From NCBI GenBank assembly GCA_004292705.1, contig RDXA01000335.1, forward strand, positions 1-33,099: a stretch of DNA of 33,099 nt, in the 5' to 3' direction. Under the pieces are notes generated by a model, which worked only from the letters and a program-made list of their open reading frames with translations, had not been told where the DNA came from and searched no databases. Source of the stretch: Sphingomonadales bacterium. GTDB lineage: Bacteria; Pseudomonadota; Alphaproteobacteria; Sphingomonadales; Sphingomonadaceae. A program made the position numbers and the translations under genes. Shown in pieces: positions 18,486 through 26,084 of the stretch; the stretch's first letter is position 1; each line of letters begins with the position of its first letter.

Positions 18486-18574
18486 CTGTCACCGCCGAGA
18501 CCCCCCTCCCGTCCAAGCGGCTGGTGATACGATCCCGAAAGGCCTCTGCTCGTTCGCGTGCAGAGGCCTTTTTT
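18486..18574 (+). ncRNA. Candidate general-stress sRNA (GsrN-like), about 90 nt
   Basis: EcfG promoter, then a GTCACC-GCCG/CGGC-T-GGTGAT stem with CCCCCCTCCC in the loop, then an intrinsic terminator. Confidence 0.7.
18538..18574 (+). terminator. Intrinsic terminator (may also act on the convergent - strand gene)
   Basis: AAAGGCCTCTGC-N10-GCAGAGGCCTTT followed by TTT. Confidence 0.88.
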
Positions 18575-18626
18575 GTTGGTGCTGCCCGTTTTGGCAGGGA
18601 TCGGCATGCCGGGCCAGCGCGGCCGA

Positions 18627-19802
18627 TCACCCCAACATCCGCTCGTAGATCACATATTCGCGGTTGATCTTGCTCTGGATCGTATCGGCAATGGCGACCA
18701 TCCCCTGATTGTCTTCGAGGATCCAGCCGATCTCGCCGCGCATGGACTGGTATCTGGTGTTGGCCTCCACCCGGATCGTCTCGATCATCATGAAGGCGAG
18801 CTGGCTGGCAAGGCGGCTGTTGTGCAGTTCCTTCAGCACCCCCATCAGCGGCACCCGCATCCCCGCCCCCTTGGGGTGCCTCAGCCAGCGCAGCATCGTG
18901 ATCCAGCCGAACGGGAACAGCTTGCCTCTGATCTTCGCCAACGCGTCGTTCAAGTCGGGGAAGGTCAGCATGAAGGCGACCGGCCGCCCGTCGACCTCGG
19001 CGATCATGTTGAGCTCTTCCTTGATGATCGGGCGCAGCTTCTGGCCCGCATAGGCGACCTCTGCCGGGCTGAACGGTACGAAACCCCAGTTGTCCGACCA
19101 TGCATCGTTGAGGATGCCGAGGATTGTCGCCACTTCCGCGTCCCAATCGGCCTTGCGCACCCGCCGGACGTTGATCCGCGCGTTCTTGTGGCCCGATTGC
19201 ACGATCCGCTGGACCAGTGGCGGGAAGGGCTTCGAGATGTCGAGATCATAGGTGTAGAGCGTCTTGGCGCGTGCGAAGCCGGCAGCCTCGATCCACCCCG
19301 CATAATGCGCCGGGTGGTGACCCATCATCACCATCGGCGCATGGTCTTGCCCGCGGACGAGCAGCCCGGGTTCCTCCCAGACCGACAGCGAGATCGGCCC
19401 GAGCACGCGCGTCATCCCTTCGCCCGCCAGCCACGCCTCGGCCGCGGCCAGCAGCGCGCGCGCGGTCCCCTCGTCCTCGGCATCGAAATAGCCGAAAAAG
19501 CCGGTGCCGGGGCCAAAACCCTGGTCAGCCGGCATGGCCAGCGCCAACTCGTCGATATGCGCCGCGATGCGCCCCACCGGCGTCCCGCCGCGCCGGGCGA
19601 TGAACAGCCGCACCCGGGCGTGGCCGAAAAACGGGTTCTTGTCCGGATCGACCAGTTCGATCTGCTCAGCCCGGATCTGTGGTACGAAATGCGGCAAGCG
19701 GTCGGAAAAAGCGCGGCCGAGATCGACAAAAGCCGCGCGGCCCCGCTTGTCGGTGACCGGCTCGATCCTTATTTCTGCCTCGCGGCCTGCAACATCCGTC
19801 AC
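18627..19802 (-). CDS. YghO-like GNAT-fold N-acyltransferase, probable bacterial ceramide synthase (bCerS)
   Basis: NPFF..., GRIAAHID, GFFGYFD, GPISLS..EEPGLLV.G, FNDAW-like LNDAWSDNWGFVP, PDLN and WILEDN.GM. GTG start with GAGGA RBS; near lptF/lptG. Confidence 0.75.
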   Translation of the reverse strand: MTDVAGREAEIRIEPVTDKRGRAAFVDLGRAFSDRLPHFVPQIRAEQIELVDPDKNPFFGHARVRLFIARRGGTPVGRIAAHIDELALAMPADQGFGPGTGFFGYFDAEDEGTARALLAAAEAWLAGEGMTRVLGPISLSVWEEPGLLVRGQDHAPMVMMGHHPAHYAGWIEAAGFARAKTLYTYDLDISKPFPPLVQRIVQSGHKNARINVRRVRKADWDAEVATILGILNDAWSDNWGFVPFSPAEVAYAGQKLRPIIKEELNMIAEVDGRPVAFMLTFPDLNDALAKIRGKLFPFGWITMLRWLRHPKGAGMRVPLMGVLKELHNSRLASQLAFMMIETIRVEANTRYQSMRGEIGWILEDNQGMVAIADTIQSKINREYVIYERMLG

Positions 19803-19944
19803 GCCCGATCCTCGTTTTGCATCACGTCACCGTGTCTGTGTCGCGCCCGCGCCCGTCGCGCAAGGCTGTCGATCACTGTCACCAACAACGCGCGTTTGGC
19901 TTGGCCGGTGATTTCGGCTAGGGCGGGCGCAGGATTACGCCGAA

Positions 19945-21045
19945 ATGATCATGCACCAGACCCTCGATCCTGCCCGCCCTCAGCCGCGCGCGCCTGCGCC
20001 GCGGGCAAGCCGCGTGCAATTCATGGCGGCAGATGACAAGGCGATGCTGCGCGCCGCGCGTGACTTGACCAAGGGACTGGGCGAAGCGAAGCCCGGCATC
20101 TACTGGCCCGACATGCTGATATCGGCCGGTCTGGGCTATGCCGGGATTGCCGTGGCAATCCTTTCGCAGACCCTGATCGTGCAGCTGGCCGCCGGGCTGG
20201 TCGGTGCGCTGGCGCTTTATCGTGCGGTGATGTTCATCCACGAGCTGACCCACATCCACCGTGATGCCCTGCCCGGCTTCCGCACCGCCTGGAACCTGCT
20301 GGTCGGCATTCCGCTGCTGATGCCAAGCTTCATGTATGAAGGCGTGCACACCATCCATCACAAGCGCACGCAATATGGCACGGTGGAAGATCCGGAATAT
20401 CTGCCGCTCGCGCTGATGAAGCCGTGGAGCCTGCCGCTGTTTGTGGCTGTCGCGCTGTTCGCGCCGGTGGCGCTGCTGGTGCGTTCCGGGGTGCTCTATC
20501 CGCTCGGGCTGATGATCCCGGCAATCCGGACCATCACATGGGAACGCTTTTCGGCGCTGTCGATCAACCCTGAATTCCGTCGCAAGCCGCCCGAAGGCGA
20601 TTTTGCCGGCCGCGTGCGCTGGCAGGAAGCCGGAGCGAGCCTGTGGGCCCTAGCGGTCATCGCCAGTGTGTTCTTCGTGGGGTGGAAGCCGCTTGCCATC
20701 GCGCTGGCCGTGCTGTCGCTGACGGCAGTGCTCAACCAGCTGCGCACCCTTGTCGCGCACCTGTGGGAGAATGAAGGCGAGCCGATGACGGTGACGGCGC
20801 AGTTCCTCGACAGCGTCAATGTGCCCCCGCCGGGGCTTGCGGCGGAAATCTGGGCGCCGGTAGGGCTGCGCTATCACGCACTGCACCACCTGATGCCGTC
20901 GATGCCCTATCACGACCTCCCCGAAGCCCACCGCAGGCTCGCGCGCGAGCTGGGCACGGGTTCGACCTATGAGGGCGCGAACCACCCCGGGATGCTGGTG
21001 CTGGTCGGGCGGATTGCCAAGAGCACGATGAGGCGGCGGGCTTAG
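19945..21045 (+). CDS. Membrane fatty acid desaturase/hydroxylase family protein
   Basis: Three His boxes (HELTH, HTIHH, YHALHH..P..P) separated by TM segments. Confidence 0.9.
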   Translation: MIMHQTLDPARPQPRAPAPRASRVQFMAADDKAMLRAARDLTKGLGEAKPGIYWPDMLISAGLGYAGIAVAILSQTLIVQLAAGLVGALALYRAVMFIHELTHIHRDALPGFRTAWNLLVGIPLLMPSFMYEGVHTIHHKRTQYGTVEDPEYLPLALMKPWSLPLFVAVALFAPVALLVRSGVLYPLGLMIPAIRTITWERFSALSINPEFRRKPPEGDFAGRVRWQEAGASLWALAVIASVFFVGWKPLAIALAVLSLTAVLNQLRTLVAHLWENEGEPMTVTAQFLDSVNVPPPGLAAEIWAPVGLRYHALHHLMPSMPYHDLPEAHRRLARELGTGSTYEGANHPGMLVLVGRIAKSTMRRRA

Positions 21046-21060
21046 ACCCCACAGCGTCTT

Positions 21061-21576
21061 TCAATCCAGAAAGCAGATCATCGCGCAGCGCCGGTCTGCG
21101 GGCAGTCCGTCATCGACCTCGTTTGCCAGTTCTCCCGCCAGCCGCAGGTGGGCATCAAGCGCGGTGACCTCATCGAAGCCGAGCCGCGCATAGAACGGGC
21201 CGTTCCACGCCAGATCGCGGAAAGTGGTCAGCGTCAGCGCCTTGAAGCCGGTGTTGCGCGCATCAATCTGCGCCGCGCGCACCAACCCCGCCCCGATCCC
21301 GCGCCGCTGGAAGGCAGGGACGACGTCCATCTCCCAGATGTGGAGTTCCCGCCGGAACGGCTCGGCCACCAGAAACCCTGCCATCGCCTCACCGACATGG
21401 GCGACAAGGCTATGGCCCTTGCGGATCAGGCGGGCGAAATCGGCCTCGGAGCGGCTGCGCGCCGGGTCGATGGAAGGCTCGCCAGCAAAGGCCGCCGCTG
21501 CCGCGCTCTCGATGGCGGGCATGGCGGCGGCATCGTCCGGCCGCGCGAGCCGAAGCGACCATGCGCCGCGGCTCAT
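21061..21576 (-). CDS. GNAT N-acetyltransferase
   Basis: LHIWEMDV.PAFQRRGIGAGLV and LTLTTFRDLAWNGPFYARLGF. ATG 21576 overlaps the lptG stop (ATGA). Confidence 0.88.
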   Translation of the reverse strand: MSRGAWSLRLARPDDAAAMPAIESAAAAAFAGEPSIDPARSRSEADFARLIRKGHSLVAHVGEAMAGFLVAEPFRRELHIWEMDVVPAFQRRGIGAGLVRAAQIDARNTGFKALTLTTFRDLAWNGPFYARLGFDEVTALDAHLRLAGELANEVDDGLPADRRCAMICFLD

Positions 21577-22682
21577 TCCTCCGTCCGGATCAGCACCGTC
21601 TCGCCCAGCAGCAGGAACAGGAAGAACGGCGCCCACGCCGCCAGGAAAGGCGGATAGCCGCCGAAGCTGCCCATCGCCAGCGCGGCATTGTCGACCACGA
21701 AGTAGGCAAAGCCCAGTGCCATCCCGATGATCGCCCGCACAAACAGCTGCCCCGAACGGGCAAGACCGAAGGCGGCGATCGAGCCCAAGAGCGGCATCAG
21801 CAGAGCCGAAAGGGGGCCGGAAAGTCGGTGCCACCACTTGGCGCGCATCTCGTCGGTGTTGCGCCCGGCGGCGTCATAGGCCGCAATGCTCTCGCCCAGC
21901 TCCCAGAAGCTCTGCGCATCGACATTGACCGATTGCAGCATGATCCGTTCGGGCGAGAGGTTCTGGCCCACCACCAGCGCTGCCGGACGCTCGGTGATCG
22001 CGCCCGCGACATCGAACCGGACCGGGCTTTCCAGCCGCCAGCCTGGGGCAGCGAAGGTCGCCCGCGGGCTGCGGATCTGCTCGCGGATGATCCCCCCGGA
22101 CGCGCGGGCATACCAGGTGACCCCGGTCAGCACGATGGCCTTGCCCGTGCCGGTCAGCGTTGTCGCGGTGAGGATGTTGTTGCCATCGGTGAGGTAGATA
22201 TTGGCGCGCACCCCGCCCGCGCTGTCCGCCGCCTCCGGGATCGGCCCATACTCCGCCGCCTGCCAGGCACCGAGCGTGGCATTGGCCCGCGTGACGATCC
22301 GTTCGTTGACGCCGAAGCTCACCAGCGACACCAGCGCGGCGGTCAGCAGCAAGGGCGCGAGCACCTGATGCGCCGACAGGCCGGCCGCCTTCATCGCCAC
22401 CACCTCGCTGTTCTGGTTCAACGTCACCAGCGTGATCAGTGTCGCCAGCAGTACCGAATAGGGCAGGAAGCGTGCGGCAAGTTGCGGCGTGCGCAGCGCG
22501 GCATAGTGCAGGATCTCGGCCTGCCCATTGCCCGGTGCCGCAAGGATATCACCCGTCTCGGCCAGCAGATCGAGCGCCAGCAGAACCAGCACCAGCATGA
22601 CAAGCACCGCGAGGATGCGCACCACGAACAACTTGGCGAGATACAGCGTCAACGTGCGCGAAGGGAAAAAGTCGAGCTGCAT
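21573..22682 (-). CDS. lptG: LptG-family ABC transporter permease
   Basis: LPYSVLLATL, NSEVVAMKAAGLS, periplasmic domain and C-terminal PPFLAAWAP...LIRTEE. ATG 22682. Confidence 0.9.
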   Translation of the reverse strand: MQLDFFPSRTLTLYLAKLFVVRILAVLVMLVLVLLALDLLAETGDILAAPGNGQAEILHYAALRTPQLAARFLPYSVLLATLITLVTLNQNSEVVAMKAAGLSAHQVLAPLLLTAALVSLVSFGVNERIVTRANATLGAWQAAEYGPIPEAADSAGGVRANIYLTDGNNILTATTLTGTGKAIVLTGVTWYARASGGIIREQIRSPRATFAAPGWRLESPVRFDVAGAITERPAALVVGQNLSPERIMLQSVNVDAQSFWELGESIAAYDAAGRNTDEMRAKWWHRLSGPLSALLMPLLGSIAAFGLARSGQLFVRAIIGMALGFAYFVVDNAALAMGSFGGYPPFLAAWAPFFLFLLLGETVLIRTEE

Positions 22683-22690
22683 CGCTGGGC

Positions 22691-23926
22691 CTACTCCGCC
22701 GGAGCCGCCTCTGCGACCGGACGGAAGCCGCGCGGGTTGCGGCGCGCGAACACCTTGGTGATGCGCTTGGACAGTTTGGCGAAGGCCATTTCCAGCGCCC
22801 CGATCGCCTGCCCGCCCGGCACATAGGCGACGCGGTAATACATCCACAGGATGAGCCCGGCAAACAGCACGAACGGCACCCAGAAAGCGAGCATCGGATC
22901 AAGCCGACCAATCGCGGCGACATCTTCGCCATATTGGTTCACCTTGTGATAGGCGACCACCATCACGATCGAGACGAACACGCCCAGCGCGCTGGTCGAT
23001 CGCTTGGGCGGGATTGCCAGCGCCACCGCCAGCAGCGGCATCAGGAACATCATCACGATTTCGACCAGCCGGAAGTTGAAGCTGGCGACGCTCGCATCGC
23101 GCGCATCGGGGGCGCTTTTGTCGCTCCAGCCGATCCTGAGCAACTCCGGCAGGATATATTCACGGGTCGCATCGCCGCGCGCCCGGAACTTCTCGATGGC
23201 GGGCAGATCAATCGGCAGATCGTGGCGGCTGAAACTGAGCACGCGTGGCGTGGCACCCCCGGTGTCCTGAATGATGGTGCCTTCGGTCAGACGCAGGATG
23301 ATCGTATCGGGGTTGTCGCGCGTGGCAAGGAACGCGCCCTCGCGCGCCGAGATCGAGAGCACCTGCCCCTTGCTGTTGGCGACGCGGGCAAAGATGCCGA
23401 TCAGGCGGCGCCCGTCATCTTCGCTTTCCTCGATCCGCAGCGCCATCCGATCGGCCAGCGTGGTGAATTCGCCGACCTTGATCGAGGCCCCGAGCGCGCC
23501 GGAACGCAGCTCGTATTCCATCTGCTCGTAATAGTAGCGGCTGACCGGCTGAATGTAGAACACCAGCGCCACATTCACTGCCACCAGCACCAGCGTGATA
23601 AGGTAGGGCATCCTGAGGAGGCGGTTGTAGGACAGGCCCACGGCGCGCATCGTATCCAGCTCGGATGAGGTGGCGAGCTTGCGAAACGCCAGGAGCACCC
23701 CCAGTAGCAGGCCCAGCGGGATCGCAAGGCTCGCATATTCGGGAATCAGCGCGCCCAGCATCTTGAACACCACACCCACCGGCCCGCCCTCGACCGCAAC
23801 GAAATCGAACAGGCGCAGCATCTTGTCGAGCATCAGCAGCGAGGCGGCGAGCGCGAACACACCCAGCATCGGCCAGATGGTGAGCCGCAGGATGTAGCGA
23901 TCGATGCTGGGGATGAGGTTGGGCAA
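22691..23926 (-). CDS. lptF: LptF-family ABC transporter permease
   Basis: IDRYI, PLGLLLG, SSELDTMRAVGLS and PLLAVAL...KR. TTG start at 23926 or 23959. Confidence 0.9.
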   Translation of the reverse strand: MPNLIPSIDRYILRLTIWPMLGVFALAASLLMLDKMLRLFDFVAVEGGPVGVVFKMLGALIPEYASLAIPLGLLLGVLLAFRKLATSSELDTMRAVGLSYNRLLRMPYLITLVLVAVNVALVFYIQPVSRYYYEQMEYELRSGALGASIKVGEFTTLADRMALRIEESEDDGRRLIGIFARVANSKGQVLSISAREGAFLATRDNPDTIILRLTEGTIIQDTGGATPRVLSFSRHDLPIDLPAIEKFRARGDATREYILPELLRIGWSDKSAPDARDASVASFNFRLVEIVMMFLMPLLAVALAIPPKRSTSALGVFVSIVMVVAYHKVNQYGEDVAAIGRLDPMLAFWVPFVLFAGLILWMYYRVAYVPGGQAIGALEMAFAKLSKRITKVFARRNPRGFRPVAEAAPAE

Positions 23927-24031
23927 GTGCGGCTTTTCCGTCGATGGCGCGAAGGCCAAGCAGCCCTAGCGTCTTCGCACGCGCGCGTCATGTCCTCAAA
24001 TGCTGTGATCTGCGGCGGCCGAAAATGGGGA

Positions 24032-24538
24032 TTACCAGAATCGGCTGCCGGGGATGCCCTTGAACGGCCCGGCCTCGGCTGCGGTGATCCACCCGCCATA
24101 GAAGCCGCCGGGCTGGGGCGTGACCTGCTGGCCATCGACCGTCACTGCATCGAAGGGCGCGGCATAGAAGGCGATGTGGCCCGCGATCCCCGCAAAGGCA
24201 GGGGTTGGCGCGGGGTAGCTCCAGCCAGCCTGCGCGATCCGCTCGGTGCCGATGAGCACATCCCAATAAACCGCCTGCCCTTTCCACTCGCAGATCGAGC
24301 GCGCAGGGTTGGGGGCGAGGTGCGCCAACACTATGTCGGCCTGGGGGATATAGTAGCTGGGCGGATGCGAGGTTTCGAGCGTGCGCCACGCGGCGCGGGT
24401 ATCCGCCAGCACAAGGCCCTTGTGAACAATGCGGATGTGGCGCTGCGTCGGTTCGGCGATGGCGGGACGGGGGTAGTCCCAGACGCTTTCCTGACCTGGC
24501 TGAACAGGATCGGGCGCGGGGTGGTGGGGCGAGCGCAT
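24032..24538 (-). CDS. DUF427 domain protein
   Basis: ESVWDYPRP, LETSHPPSYYIP, CEWKGQAVY, WSYPAP and FYGGWIT. Confidence 0.9.
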   Translation of the reverse strand: MRSPHHPAPDPVQPGQESVWDYPRPAIAEPTQRHIRIVHKGLVLADTRAAWRTLETSHPPSYYIPQADIVLAHLAPNPARSICEWKGQAVYWDVLIGTERIAQAGWSYPAPTPAFAGIAGHIAFYAAPFDAVTVDGQQVTPQPGGFYGGWITAAEAGPFKGIPGSRFW

Positions 24539-24551
24539 CAGCGCGCCGGCC

Positions 24552-24968
24552 TCACGCCTTTTCGAGGGTGCATTGCAGCGGGTGCTGGTTCTGGCGGGCG
24601 AAATCCATCACCTGATTCACCTTGGTCTCTGCAACCTCGTAGGTAAAGATCCCGCACACCCCCACGCCGCGCTGGTGGACGTGCAGCATGACGCGGGTGG
24701 CCTGTTCCAGATCCATCCCGAAGAAGCGCTTCAGCACCAGCACCACGAATTCCATCGGGGTGTAATCATCGTTGAGCATCAGCACCTTGTACTGGCTCGG
24801 CTTCTTGGGCTTGGCGCGGGTCTTGGTGGCGATGCCGACCTGCCCTGCTCCGCCGCCGTCCTTGCCGCCATCATCATTGGCATCCTCGTCCGCGGCGTGC
24901 ACGGGCGCTGGCTGCGACGAAGGCAGCCCGACCGGAGCGGCGAGATCATGAAGGCGCGGATGCAGCAT
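24552..24968 (-). CDS. clpS: ATP-dependent Clp protease adaptor ClpS
   Basis: [29 protein letters not shown] and [17 protein letters not shown]. Confidence 0.96.
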   Translation of the reverse strand: MLHPRLHDLAAPVGLPSSQPAPVHAADEDANDDGGKDGGGAGQVGIATKTRAKPKKPSQYKVLMLNDDYTPMEFVVLVLKRFFGMDLEQATRVMLHVHQRGVGVCGIFTYEVAETKVNQVMDFARQNQHPLQCTLEKA

Positions 24969-25049
24969 GAGCCTCCATTATGGGATTCGCTGGCGCGGGT
25001 GCAAGCGATTGGTGCGATTTGTTTGGCGTTGCCCAGACCCAGACCCGCC

Positions 25050-25085
25050 AAAGAAATGGCCGGCCAGACTTGCGCCTGGCCGGCC
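25050..25085 (-). terminator. Intrinsic terminator of the phasin transcript
   Basis: - strand: GGCCGGCCAGGC-GCAA-GTCTGGCCGGCC followed by ATTTCTTT. Confidence 0.85.
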
Positions 25086-25155
25086 TGCGCCTTGCGGCGC
25101 GCTCTCGTGGACCGGGTTGGGAGAGAGAGGAGAGAGGCCCGGTCGGAGAATTCCT
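25050..25155 (-). ncRNA. Structured 3' UTR of the phasin gene, candidate 3'UTR-derived sRNA
   Basis: Three consecutive hairpins. The first exposes a CCUCUCUCCUCUCUCUCCC loop; the other two have GCAA tetraloops. Confidence 0.5.
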
Positions 25156-25158
25156 TGC

Positions 25159-25935
25159 TTACGCTGCCTTCTTGATCTTCTCGGCAGCGACGCTGACGCG
25201 GTTCGAAATCGGGGCGAAGGCTTCGTTGTAGAGCTTCACCCAGGCTTCGGTGCGCTTCGAACCGTAGGAGACGACCGCGTCGAAGTTGCGACGGGCGATT
25301 TCACCCTGGAGCTGCATCAGTTCGGTCGGCGACTTCACGGCGGCGACCTTCTTGGCGTCTTCGGTGACGGTTTCGATCACGGTCTTGCCGGTTTCGACGT
25401 TGTCCTTGAGCAGTTCCTGCGCGCCAGCGAAGAAGATCTTGCCGCTTTCGACCACGGCTTCGACATTCGCCTTGGTGAACTCGGTGGCTTCCGCGGTCAG
25501 TTCGCCGGTCTTGGCGAAAGCGGTCTTGGCACGGGTCTGGACGTCAGCCAGCATATCCTTGGCGGTGGCGGTGATGTCGGTGTTCTTGGCAGTGGCCATG
25601 ATGGTATCCTTGAGCTTGATGACGGGGTTGGTCTTGGGCGCGGCAGCCGGCTTTGCAGCCTTCTTGGCGAGCGCGGGCTTCTTGACCGCGGTCTTGGTGG
25701 CGGTGGGCTTGGTGGCCGTCTTCTTGACGGTCTTGGCAGCGGCCTTCTTCACCGCGACCGCCTTCTTGGCGAGCGGGGCCTTTTTCGGCGCAGCGATCTT
25801 CTTGGGAGCCGGAGCAGCCTTGGGCGCTTCGACCGCCTTGGCCGATGCTTCGGCGTAAGCCTTCTCGGCAGCCGCGTCGATCTTGGCGACGGGCACCTTC
25901 ACTTCGGTAGCAGCGGCATTTTCAACTTCGGACAT
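25159..25935 (-). CDS. phaP: Phasin (PHA granule protein) with an Ala/Lys/Pro-rich N-terminal extension
   Basis: C-terminal Phasin_2-like pattern (KANVEAVVESGK, VKSPTELMQLQ, AFAPISNRV). Directly downstream of phaC; GAGG RBS; strong codon bias. Confidence 0.88.
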   Translation of the reverse strand: MSEVENAAATEVKVPVAKIDAAAEKAYAEASAKAVEAPKAAPAPKKIAAPKKAPLAKKAVAVKKAAAKTVKKTATKPTATKTAVKKPALAKKAAKPAAAPKTNPVIKLKDTIMATAKNTDITATAKDMLADVQTRAKTAFAKTGELTAEATEFTKANVEAVVESGKIFFAGAQELLKDNVETGKTVIETVTEDAKKVAAVKSPTELMQLQGEIARRNFDAVVSYGSKRTEAWVKLYNEAFAPISNRVSVAAEKIKKAA

Positions 25936-25950
25936 GATGACCTCGCTTCA

Positions 25951-26016
25951 TGTTGCACTGCACAAAATAGTGAGCACAGCCACGAAGTCAAGGATTTTTG
26001 TGCGGTGCACAAAAAT
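25951..26016 (-). promoter_or_regulatory. Sigma70-like phasin promoter flanked by PhaR-type TGC-N3-GCA operators
   Basis: - strand TTGACT(25991-25986)-N16-TATTTT(25969-25964). Palindrome ATTTTTGTGC-GGT-GCACAAAAAT at 25994-26016, and TGTTGCACTGCACAAAA at 25951-25967. Confidence 0.7.
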
Positions 26017-26084
26017 GCTGGAGATCACTGAAATTCAGGGGTTTGCCGGGAAGCCTCGTGTTGTATTCTGAATATGCCCTATCC

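Noticed and set aside
25600-25900. Repeated CTTCTTGGC-like units as a tandem repeat or CRISPR array
   Set aside because: Explained by Ala-Lys-Lys codons in the phasin extension; no fixed repeat-spacer period and no cas genes.
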